Assembly (NCBI RefSeq): GCF_006345805.1 | Contig: NC_043011.1 | Location: 40,312,464-40,376,463 of the forward strand | Length of the DNA stretch: 64,000 nucleotides | Reading direction: 5' to 3' | Source of the DNA: Octopus sinensis | Lineage: Eukaryota | Shown: positions 53,548-64,000 of the stretch, one piece after another | Layout of the letters: each line of letters starts with the position of its first letter | How positions within the stretch are numbered: position 1 is the stretch's first letter | Position numbers and translations under genes: made by a program | The notes under the pieces: generated by a model | Told to the model about the DNA's origin: nothing | The model's input: the letters and a program-made list of their open reading frames with translations, nothing else | The model's database searches: none

Positions 53548-54709
53548 CGTCCCAAAATACAAGAAGCCCGGCATATTCGCCCTGTAAAAACCAAGAAAGA
53601 CGAGTATCAGAAAATGGCTCTAGGTGTAGAATTTAGTGATTATCAAACTCCTAATATTCATGGCCCTGTCCAAGGTAAAGGCCATCATCGCAGAGGGCAG
53701 CCACACCAAGGCCACCCACAACAGCCGTATCAACAGCGCCCCGATAGCCTTGAGATAGCTTCGACTCCGACTGGTAGTATGGGAATCCCAGAAATGCTGT
53801 ACGATATGACCAACCCTGATGTCATTCCGAATGGTTATGCTAGTCAGATGAATGGACCGTATTCGATGGTGAATCACACTCCCGGAGGAGAGAACCTGAC
53901 TCCTGAACACTCAGCAGGGCTTCCAAATCGAAACAATGTACAATATATGCAAGGCAATCAAATGTCTCCTTCTCATGCTGTGGGGCACCATGGAAGATCC
54001 ACTGCACGTGCTCAGAACCTGAACAGTGCTAGACCATCCAGGCCGCCCCCTGATCCTCCTTCAATGCCGGGTACACCGAAGCACGACCCAATAAGGAACA
54101 GTCCAATTGTGAGAGAGAGTCTTCCTCCACCGCCTCTCCCACCAGATCAACTTGATGAGCTGTCCGACAGCTACCCAGGAAGTCCCGACACGACTCCTAA
54201 GCACGTCTCCTCGAAGACACAGAATTACACGGATATCAACAGTGGTTCACCGGCACGAAGCAGTGACTCGCCAAGCCGTCACCCACCCTACGGGAGTCAA
54301 AACCGGACTCCCGACAGTGTGGAGTTTCCCCTACCTCCCTCGCCACCTAGCACCCATTCCTCCGGCACACCGGTCAGCTTGGATTCAATGCCGCCACCCC
54401 CCTCTCCCCCACCTCCCATTGAAACGCTCAGCTCAGTTCCGATGGCGCCAACCCCGCCGCCGCCGCCACCACCACCACCACCTCCTCCTCCTCCTCCGCC
54501 ACCACCACCACCCCCTCTGCTGCCGGTTGGTGGGGCTCAAACTTCGAATTTATCTGTTGTTATGCAACCAGATGCTGTGTCCATTTCATCCACCACAAGT
54601 TCATTAACCACAACTTCTCTTGGTTCGGCCGGCAAAGTAGAAGACATCCTGAAGCCAGCCACTGGACAAGATCGTAGTGCACTCCTCGAAGAGATCAGAC
54701 TTGGCGAAT
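53548..54709 (+). CDS. WASF: WAVE/SCAR-family gene, large exon (end of basic region, proline-rich region, WH2 helix)
   Basis: Acceptor tttgaatttattttcAG (53546-47), phase 0. RPKIQEARHIRPVKTKKDEYQKMALGVEF continues in frame into the 53614 ORF. Pro-rich, with a 21-Pro run, and ends DRSALLEEIRLGE + T at a perfect GTAAGT donor (54710), phase 1. Confidence 0.93.
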
Positions 54710-54772
54710 GTAAGTTCTTTCTTTCTTTCTTTTCTTCTTTTGTGAAAGCAAGATTTTACTGTGATACTTAAG

Positions 54773-54945
54773 TGCAAGTGACAGCCGGGTATGCCTTTGG
54801 TCTATTTGTAAAGTTTTAACTTTTAAAATAAATACAAGATGAAAGATCGTGTGTGTGTGTGGATGGATGCTAAGAAATTGGTAAGAAATGCAAAGAACTT
54901 CTTAGTGGCTAGTTTTAGGGAGCCTTCCAGGCATGGGAAAGCATT
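54773..54945 (+). repeat. Diverged direct repeat of 52454-52620
   Basis: Shared tgcaagtgacagc.gggtatgcctt...ataaatacaaga.gaaagat.gtgtgtg...atggatgctaagaaattggtaag.aatgcaaa. Confidence 0.75.
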
Positions 54946-56256
54946 CGTCTTCTGGGTTCTGTTACTGTTAACTATTGTGCATCAGCTGCATGCAAAATCT
55001 TGCCAGTTTATGTGCAATCTTGTTGCATCTCTTTTACACAGGATACAATGTATAGCAACAAGGTTGTCAAAATATTAGATTAGCTATGTACAACTGATTT
55101 TGAATTCTTGTATTATAGCCTAAGGAACTAGTAATAAACAGAAAGAGACTGAGAACAGGGCCCTGATGGCCACCCAGCTGTACACTAAATTCTTTATTGA
55201 ACTCAATAACTTACAATTTGCTGACAGCATCTCTGTACATGACTTTCTCTGCTTTTACAAACCATTCGCCTACATTCAGTTTTCTTAGCAACCACTAAGC
55301 AACAAATCATGAAATTCTGTTTAAAGGCCATCACCAATCGACAGTTACTAAATGCTGTTGTTTGCTCTTAGCTAAAACTTCTCTATTGTCTCACTGCAAT
55401 GTTATCAGTTGTACCCCATCCAGACACGAACCTAAATTGCAGCTCATCAATTTGATGCCTCTGTGGTTGTACCCTACTGTCTTAAATAAAAAAAGAAAAA
55501 GGATATATTGGATAATGTATGGAGTTGTGTAGCATAGGTGGTTAGGGTGCTGGATTCATATTCGCCAGATTGCAGTTTCAAATGATGGACTAGGTTGTGT
55601 GCTGTGTTCTCGAGCAAAAGAACTTCATTTCACATTGCTCCAGCCCTACTCAGTTGTAAAATTGAGTTATCCTGCAATGGATTGCAACAGGTTTAGTAAA
55701 AATGTTGTAGCTTTGGTCACTCAGTGGGATGGTATTATTTGAAAGCTACAACAATGCAGAGAAGCGCATTGTAACAAGTGGTGTATGACAACATACCAGA
55801 GAGATGAAATGGTCTTGTCAAAAATTCCTTTGAACATAAGTTTGCAGAATCAGAGATGATCCACTAGCAACAAAGATCAACATTTATCACACAGCCGAGC
55901 CACTGCCTCTCAGTTTCACTTTCAGTTTCTCTAATATTCTTCACATTCTCTGTTGTATAAAATAACATCATTTTTCTAATTTCCCTTTTCTTCTGCTTTC
56001 CATATTCAATGGCACAAGATGCACTTTTTGGGGTGGAGTGGGGGATCCCAGGAAAATTTCAACCTAGATCCTATACACGATGTTGGGCTTTGATGCATTA
56101 AAAGCTACTTTTTTTTAATATGTGCTGCTGGAATTGGGGTGCATCTTATATATTTGTGTGTCTTTTATGCCTTCAAATATGGTAACCTTTGGAAGTCTTG
56201 TATTGTCTGTTAAAACTCATTGGAGAATAATTGTTTGCTTTTTTTTCTTTTTACAG

Positions 56257-56444
56257 GGTATAAGAAATTACGCCGTGTTGAAGACCGTAAAAAACAAGAA
56301 CAACAGAAACGACAACCACAGGGAGGCAGGTTCGATGTTCAAGCGATCATGGATCGAGCAATAGAAATCCGGAGGAAAGTTCTTGAAGCTAGTGATAGTG
56401 AAGAAGAAGCATTTTCCGACGAAAACGAATGGGATTCTGATTAA
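56257..56444 (+). CDS. WASF: WAVE/SCAR-family gene, last coding exon (WH2 LRRV motif, C and acidic A regions, stop)
   Basis: Acceptor tttttttctttttacAG (56255-56). T+GG gives Trp, then YKKLRRVEDRKKQEQQKRQPQGGRFDVQAIMDRAIEIRRKVLEASDSEEEAFSDENEWDSD* (TAA 56442-44). The acidic tail with Trp is typical of VCA domains. Confidence 0.94.
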
Positions 56445-56500
56445 CGATAACGACGATGATAATAATAATAATAATAATAATAAGGATAATAATAATAATA

Positions 56501-56532
<32 letters not shown>

Positions 56533-56902
56533 AATTATAATAACAACAAACAGCAAACAAAACGACGAAAGATTTCAAATAATAGACCCTCTCCCCTTTC
56601 CCCTTCTCTGCCCCCACTGGAAAAAGAAAAACAAATTATACAAAGCAAATACAAGTACGCACATATATTATATACACATACATGCATGCTTACCAACATA
56701 CATATACACACGCAAGTACACATACACATTCAGTTGGGTGCGTATACCACAGATATCCATTGTATCTTTGTCCTTTTCCATGTGAACTTGGATCGAAAGT
56801 GTTATTACAATGACCACCACTACCTATGATTAAACAATGGATTTGTCCTGCTCTTATTATTTTTATCATTATTATTATTACTATTATATATATATATATA
56901 TC

Positions 56903-56957
<55 letters not shown>

Positions 56958-57667
56958 TTTTATTTTGCATTGCTGTTGCGTACTATTAAAAAAAACTACA
57001 AGTACTTCTTACATGGCTTTCATACCCTTGACTTCGATTAATGTATGATGGTGTCTATCTACCTACCTACCTACCTACCTATCTACTTACCTACCAATCT
57101 GTCTATTTATCTATCTATCTATCTATCTATCTGAGTGATCGATTGATCTATCTATCGATCCATCCTATTGGAACGCTCCACTGGTTGCAATTTGCATTTA
57201 TTTATTTTTTTTTTTACTCTACCGTGCTCCTTCTCTCCTCTCATTCTCCACTTCTTCGTTCCCCCCCACCCAGTCCCCAACAATAGCCAACACATATTCG
57301 ATGATTTGATTCGTAAGGAAAACAACCTCTCCACCAACATGTACACACACACACGCACACACCTAGTTCCCCACCGTATTCTTCGAAGAGAAAGTTTTTT
57401 TTTTTTTTTGTACAGTAACATGAACTTGAAGAAACTAGAAAGAAAGAAAAGGAAAAAGAAGCAAGCTACTGAAGGGATCAACTCTGCACTTGTTGTTGTT
57501 GTTTTTGTTGCTGTTGTCATTTAATCTTTTGAGAACAAATGAAGCTCCCCTCCCCCTCTTGCTCCACACCTCCACACGCATTCAAAAAAGAAGAAAAAGG
57601 AAGGAAGCAAAGAAACAAAAAAAAATATTCAGATAAAAAATTACAAACCAACCAAACATAAAGAAGT

Positions 57668-57707
<40 letters not shown>

Positions 57708-59050
57708 ACTTTGCTTCACTGGACTGAACAATGAATAAATTAAATTAAAAAAAAAATATATAAAACAGTAATAATAATAATAATATTAATAATAATAATA
57801 ATAAAGGGAGTTAACTACCAGAAAACAGCCAAGAAAACTGGGGAGAAACAAACTGGATGTAGTTTTTGTTTTGGAAATATCATCACACATTGTAATGTCC
57901 GTTTTGTTTTGTTGTTTATTAAATGTACAGGGATGATACATTTTGTTAATATCAAAGAATCTCTCTTTCTCGTCCCACTGCTCTCAACCTATCTCCTCCT
58001 CCTCCTCCACCCTCTCTTTCTCCTGTAACTCCCATATATATGTATATATATGTAGCGTATATATATGTATATGTGATAAACAAAATAGTGTGTACTGTTG
58101 TTGTTGACCAGCCCTACCTTACCTCGTACTCACCCCCCCTAACTGAGTCAGTTCTCATGAAAAGGGGAAAAAAAAAAAAGAAAGAGGAAAACAAGATGTG
58201 GTGATTTCACATTCATTGTTTATGATGTGTGGGTGAAGTTGGTAGGGTACTTTCCTAAGATTTAGGTAGGCTTTGAATTTTTTTTTTTTTTTAAATTTGG
58301 TGAGACGAAGATTGAAGACGGGCCGTTATCAGATTTTGTTGAGGAAAAAGTCATTGCTGCTACTGAAACTCCCCCACCCCACTCCTTTGGCTTCAGTATG
58401 TGTGTGTATGTGAGTGAGTGTGCTTTTGTGTGTGTGTGGATGTATGTTTGTGCACACCTGTAAGCTTTATTTCCTCTTTCTCCTTTGGAAAGGGACAAGC
58501 ATAATGGCATCTAATGATGATAATGAAACAAAATAAAAAAAAAAAAACATAAATTAATGTAACAAATTAAAGGAACCTCCAAGTGGTTGCTTGAACTGCT
58601 AGAAATAGCAGCCAAATTTTCCCCACTTAAAAACCATACTCTCCCATCGTAAAAAGAATAACGTTGGATAACATGTCTGGAATACACTGTCTAAATAAAT
58701 AATGGATGGTCATGGCTGGAATGCCATTAATTACGTTTCTCTCTATTTGATCGGGGGTCAATTTGGGAATCAACAACAACACGACACAAAGCAAAATTCT
58801 TTAAAGTGAAAAAAATAAATAAATAATAAAAAAAAATTTAAACCCTCCCTTTCCCCATACCCCAGAAATTAGCATTTTCCCCCCCTCTCTGCTCGCCTCC
58901 TCCCCTTCCAACACAAATACTTTTTATTTCTGTGATTTTTTTTTTCTTTTTCCTCTGGAAATAAATATTAAACTGATATATTGGACAAATATTTATCGAC
59001 TTTGCACTATGTGTACATATTTGTGTGTGTTTGTATGTGTGAATAAATTA
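56445..59050 (+). other. Probable ~2.6-kb 3' UTR of the WAVE gene with several AATAAA signals
   Basis: AATAAA at 57734, 58814, 58960 and 59042. The region is almost free of the SINEs that saturate the flanks (the next SINE cluster starts ~59290). The true end cannot be fixed from sequence alone. Confidence 0.45.
58565..58760 (+). repeat. Interspersed repeat family D (ctgctagaaatagcagccaaat...ggataat)
   Basis: Related segments at ~11230-11340(-), 17370-17460, 55400-55540, 62040-62170 and 62760-62890. Confidence 0.55.
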
Positions 59051-59289
59051 AATTCTTCTATGCTGTCTGCTGGATGCTGGCATGGAGTTTCCAGCCAAGT
59101 TTAAACAATTCTTTTCTTGCATTATTATTATTATTATTATCATTATTATTATTATTATTATTAAAATCATTATTATTGTTGTTGTTGTGCTGAGGTTGAT
59201 TATTCCCTTCCTTAAAAATCTGTGGTCTTGTGTCTATAGAGGAAATTATTTCCATTATTAAACAATTATTATGATTATTATAGCAAGGC

Positions 59290-60060
59290 TGCAAGCTGGC
59301 AGAATCGTTAGCACGCTGGGCAAAATGTTTAGTGGCATTTTTGTCCATCTTCGCGTTCTGAGTTCAAATTCCATCAGGGGTCAACTTTGCCTTTCATCTT
59401 TCCGGGGTTGATAAAATAAGTACCAGTTGAAAACTGGGGTCGATGTAAATGACTTACTGCTTCCCTTGAAATTACTGGCCTTGTGCTAAAATTTGAAACC
59501 ATCATTATTATTATTATGATTATTATTTTTATAGCAAGGGTGGAAGATTGGCAGAGTTATTATTAGAGTGACTTACAAAATTGCCTTGTGATATTTGTTT
59601 TTTGCTATCTCTACTCTCTGAGTTCAAATCTCATTCAGGCCAACTTTGCCTGTCATCTTTTCAGGATGCTTACCACCACTTCATCCGTCTTCATGTTCTG
59701 AGTTCAAATTCTGCTAATGTTGACTTTGCCTTTGTTTTGAGGGGGTGGGGGCAATGAAATAAGTACCAGTTAAGTACTGAGGGTTGTTGTAATCGACTAG
59801 CCCCCCTCCCCACAAAATTCAGGCCCTGTGCCTATAATAGAAAGGATTATAATTGAGGCGGTGAACTAGCAGATTGTTAAGCATGTTTGACAAAATGCTT
59901 AGCAGCATTTCTTTTGGTCCTGTACCTTCTTAGTTAAAATTACCACCAAAGTAAGCTTTGCTTTTCATCTTTCATGGGGTTGATAAAATAATGTACCATT
60001 CAAGTACTGGAGTCAATGGCAATCGACTAATCTCCTGTGGGACTTGTATCTAAATTATAG
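59290..60060 (+). mobile_element. Cluster of 4 tandem family A SINE copies downstream of the gene
   Basis: Units start at about 59290, 59540, 59675 and 59855 and are separated by (att)n tails. Confidence 0.8.
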
Positions 60061-60266
60061 GCCATGATAATGGCTTACATCAGCAACCTTCATAGAAGAT
60101 ATGAAATTGGCAAGAAAAGCAAATCAGACCACTGAGGCATCTAATGCTCTTGGTGAAAGCCTGCACATCACAATCTCTCCTTTCCACCCTGTCCCTCCTG
60201 AAATTCTTTGACTTATTTAAGAAATACACATATATCCTCACACACATACATTTTATATTTATCTAA

Positions 60267-60483
60267 CCCTTTAGTGTTTAAACCGGCCATATGCGGCCAT
60301 ATATTCTCCCTGTTTTATGTTCAAACTGGCCAGATCTGGCCTCTCACATCTACCTTGCAATGTCATTTTTAAAATAGACAACCACATCATTGATATCTCA
60401 AATCCACAAGATAATGTGCGATTAATTCAAAACAATGTGAATAAACAAACATTACACTTTACGATAATCTGAATGTGAAAGGG
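60267..60483. mobile_element. piggyBac-type MITE (~217 bp)
   Basis: (c)TAA|CCCTTTAG...TGAAAGGG|TTAA. Terminal CCC/GGG with a TTAA-type TSD is the piggyBac signature. Confidence 0.75.
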
Positions 60484-61425
60484 TTAAGTGTATATCCATA
60501 TATTGTATATCTCGATTTTGCAAAAGTTGGGAGACTCCATGCTTTATTATTTTTACTATCAATACCTACTGGTTCTCGGCATTGGTTTTCATCCTTCTTG
60601 GCAGCATAATTAAGGTAAATTGAAAAATTATATTGGAGGGTAAAAAAAAACAAAAATTTTTTTCTTATTCCCTTGAAAAAAAAATCCCAAAATACTCCCA
60701 TCATCTTTGGAATTCTTCAGTTTTATATTCTAAGACAAACTGAATAAGGCATCATATTTAACTGAACTTTGGACATTCTACCTTACATAGCATATGTATC
60801 TATATGCACATGGCTATGTTAATTAGAATTTTGCTTCACATATTCAAGGTTCTAGGTTCAGTTGATCTCACTGTACAGCACCTTGGGCAAGATTTCTTTT
60901 TTGAGTGAAATCAGGCAGATGGAAACTGTGTAGGCCACTCTATTCATATATAGTATTTGTCTCTGTGATGATTACATGAAGAGTTCAAACCTTTCTGTCA
61001 AATAAACTATTACAAGATAACTATCCATTGAAAAAAAAACTAGAAAACTCGTTTGGCAATACTGAGAGTCCTGACAGTTTAACCCTGAATATTTCTTGTA
61101 GATAAGCCTCCCTGCTTTTCTTATTTGTTTGCTGTTTTCTTTCTTTTCTGTTATTTGGCATGCATTTATTACTGTTGCTTCTCTTCTGCCTTCCTTCTGC
61201 ATTTTAAGGAAAATAACTGCTCAGCATTTTGTTTTTGACTTTTCTGTTTTCTCCTTTCACTCTGTTCTGTATTGATACCCCTGTCTCCTTTTTCATGCCT
61301 CTGTCTTTCACACACACTTATACACACACATGCTCTCTCTCTCTCTCTCATAATCTTTAACACTCTGGATATGAAATCTCAAAAGTTTATATATTTATTT
61401 ATTTATTATCCATAAGAATATCATT

Positions 61426-61470
61426 GACAGTGATTTAAGTTTCAGCCAGATAAGCCATTGTCGGACTGCC
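61426..61470 (-). ncRNA. Degenerate hammerhead motif HH3a
   Basis: Minus strand: ggcagt-CCGACAA-t-ggct(tatct)ggct-GAAA-cttaaa-TC-actgtc. G8 is mutated to A and stem III is eroded. Confidence 0.5.
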
Positions 61471-61588
61471 GTGTTTTTCAGTTAATGTTTTGAAAGCACT
61501 CAGCGTCAAAACAGAACTGTTATATTAGCATTTGTTTTTATGTTCAGTTGTAATAAAAACAAATTTTACATTAACCTCATGGGTTACT

Positions 61589-61631
61589 CAGTCCAACGAT
61601 GGCTTAACTAGCTGAAACTTTGAAGTCACTG
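61589..61631 (+). ncRNA. Degenerate hammerhead motif HH3b
   Basis: cagt-CCAACGA-t-ggct(taact)agct-GAAA-ctttgaag-TC-actg. G5 is mutated to A. Stem III ctttgaag is the palindrome cttcgaag after one CpG-type change. Confidence 0.55.
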
Positions 61632-62256
61632 TCAATAATATTCTTGCTTAAAAATAATAAATTGATATTCTACAAAAGTATAGAGTAACCCATCAGATTA
61701 ATGTAAAAATTGTTTATATTATAACTGAACACAAGAACACACACACACATCTGTAAAAAGCTGTTTTTACCTGTCTCTGTTCCTAAATCTGCGTGTGTAT
61801 GAGAGATAGCTTCTTAACATATTTGGTCTCAAACAAGGTATCGACTAGGCCAATCTGTGATTGACCGCAACTCAGAAACAGCACATGATAGAAGCTATTA
61901 TTGCTAACTGTTTAGATTGCAGGTGTTAGTCATGAGATGGAGAGAGGCCACATATCCCACGTTGCGGTGATGACGGAGCCCTAAGGGTTGATAGTGTTGC
62001 ATTTGACTGTCACAGTTTGGTGACATAGGCCAACAAGTAAGCATCTATGTTGTTGATCAGCCTTTTAGAAATAGCAGCCCAATCTCCCTCAGATCACCCT
62101 ATTGTATTAATAAAAAGATAGACATTTTATCTACACTCAGAGAAAGTGAGAATGCAGCCTTTCATCCATTCATGCATGGGGTCCCCAAACTTAGGAGAGA
62201 AAATTTCACAATGCGCAGTATTTAATTGTTGTAATTAATTGTTGAATTAAAATTAA

Positions 62257-62640
62257 TGCACAGGCATGACTGTGGTAAAGAAATTTTGTTTCCCAACCAG
62301 ATGGTTGAAGGTTCAGTCCCACTACATGGCACTTTGTGCAACTGTCTTCTTCTATGGCCTCAGGTCGACCAAAGCCTTCTGAGTGGATTTGGTAGGTAGA
62401 AACTGAAAGAAGCTCATCATGTGTGTGTGTGGTTTTGTTTCTGTTTCCTAACTGCCACTTGACAGCTGATGATTGTATGTGTAGTACATCCCTGTAACTT
62501 AGCGTTTCAGCAAAAAGGACTGAGAGAATGGGCCTGGCATTAAAAAAATAAGTTCTGCGGTTAATTCATCTGTGTAAAAGTCTTCAAGGTGGTGCCCCAG
62601 CTTGGCCACAGTCTAATGACTGAAACAAGTAAAAGATAAA
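62257..62640 (+). mobile_element. SINE family B, full-length
   Basis: Head, CORE-like segment, (TG)n and tail as in the 11644 copy. Confidence 0.8.
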
Positions 62641-63682
62641 GGCAATGGGTTAACTTTGAACATGCCTTCATTCAAAGAAGGTATGTTGTATGTGTGTATT
62701 CTTGCATATGGATACATGTTTGCTTTGCAATCACGCTAAAGTTTGCAGATGTAAACTCTATGTGGTCACTAAAACCACTAGAAATGGCAGCCAAATCTCC
62801 CTTATAATACACCCTATCATCTTTAGAAAAAAAAAAGAAAGGACATTCAATAATATTTTGGATTAGGGACTACACATTTATGACACTTGTCAGCTGTGAT
62901 GTGCTGCAGGCTTTTAAGGGTTGTACAAGAGGCTTTGCTAAAAAAAAAATATCCCCAAAATATTATAAAAGAGCTTATGTATAAACATTTACTAAGACCT
63001 AAATTTTATATGTATGACATTACAATAACAGCATTATTAGAGAATGGTTGGTCATGGTTGGAATGCATTGAGTATAGGCCTCCTTGATCAGTCATCTGCT
63101 GGCTAAAACAATAACACTCAAGTAGATTTGATAGAAGGAAACTATGTGGAAGCCAGTTTATAATTGTGTGTGCTTCTGTTTGTTTCCTCTCCGACCTTTT
63201 GAAATCCGGTGTAGGTTTGTTTATGTCTCCGTAACTCAGCAGTTTGGCAAAAGAGATTGATAGAATAAGCACCTAACTTAGAAAACAAAATACTGTTCGA
63301 CTTAAAAAAAAAAAGCTCTTTCAAGGCATTGCCCCAGCATGGCCATAGCTGAATGGCATACTAGTAAAAAAAAAAAAAAAGTATCATTAATTCAGGAGTC
63401 GTAAAACAATTCCCTTTGTCTCTCAACCTCTTTCACTCGTCTGAATGGATTCTGGGTTATCACACTGGTAAACTAATGTCTCCTGTCATCACTTGCTCAC
63501 TCGCCTGTTGGTGCAAATAATGTGGTATCATTATTTATTTATTTTTACATGTATTTCGTGATATGTGATTATATTCAGAGGTTTATATTCTGCTATGCTT
63601 TATCCTTTTTCATGTTGAGAAATGTCAATATTCTCAGTATTATTTCAATATTTTGGTGTCCTGTCGTGTGAAGTGTGTATGT

Positions 63683-63998
63683 ATGTGTGTGTGTGGTTTT
63701 GTTTCTGTTTCCTAACTGCCACTTGACAGCTGATGATTGTATGTGTAGTACATCCCTGTAACTTAGCGTTTCAGCAAAAAGGACTGAGAGAATGGGCCTG
63801 GCATTAAAAAAATAAGTTCTGCGGTTAATTCATCTGTGTAAAAGTCTTCAAGGTGGTGCCCCAGCTTGGCCACAGTCTAATGACTGAAACAAGTAAAAGA
63901 TAAAGGCAATGGGTTAACTTTGAACATGCCTTCATTCAAAGAAGGTATGTTGTATGTGTGTATTCTTGCATATGGATACATGTTTGCTTTGCAATCAC
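63683..63998 (+). repeat. Exact 316-bp direct duplication of 62419-62734
   Basis: Base-by-base identical at offset 1264. Includes the 3' half of a family B SINE plus ~95 bp of unique flank. Confidence 0.95.
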
Positions 63999-64000
63999 AC

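Larger units (their letters stand above)
61370..61731. mobile_element. Penelope-like pLTR fold-back (A-B-C-A'-C' arrangement)
   Basis: A 61401-61468 is inverted at 61589-61662. C 61541-61589 is inverted at 61683-61731 (44/49 identical). Both A copies carry the HH3 motif. Confidence 0.6.

Noticed and set aside
54152-54607. 151-aa alternative-frame ORF with Arg/His runs, and the antisense ORF 53620-53910
   Set aside because: Both are by-products of the Pro-codon-rich real exon read in other frames. They have no independent splice or start context.
54704-54705. Alternative GC donor giving a more canonical WH2 spacing
   Set aside because: The context G|GCGAAT is weak compared with the perfect GTAAGT six bases downstream, so it was not used in the gene model.

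Overview
AT-rich, microsatellite-dense eukaryotic DNA. The repeat families look like those of an octopod cephalopod; this is an inference from repeat recognition, not a database result. The window holds the 3' four coding exons of one + strand WAVE/SCAR (WASF) family gene: 6640-6793, 15321-15444, 53548-54709 and 56257-56444. They are phase-compatible and give 542 aa from 'VSLQDI' to the stop. The N-terminal ~90 aa were not found and probably lie upstream of the window. The rest is intron, 3' UTR and intergenic DNA packed with tRNA-derived SINEs, LINE, Penelope and Tc1/mariner remnants, piggyBac-type MITEs and a Helentron-like element. The most interesting signals are: (1) a candidate in-phase alternative terminal exon at 18880-19026 that would end a short WAVE isoform in an acidic, Trp-containing tail resembling an Arp2/3-binding A motif but lacking WH2/C; (2) four hammerhead-ribozyme folds from three Penelope-like terminal-repeat families (36.7, 43.0, 61.4 and 61.6 kb), two of the three loci in fold-back structures; (3) two candidate frame-preserving microexons (15 nt and 9 nt) in the 38-kb intron; (4) a divergent WH2-C-A region and meander region in this WAVE; (5) a fold-back mariner derivative with ~400-bp inverted arms. 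No CRISPR array, rRNA or true tRNA gene was seen. Most ORF-track entries are microsatellite or repeat artefacts.
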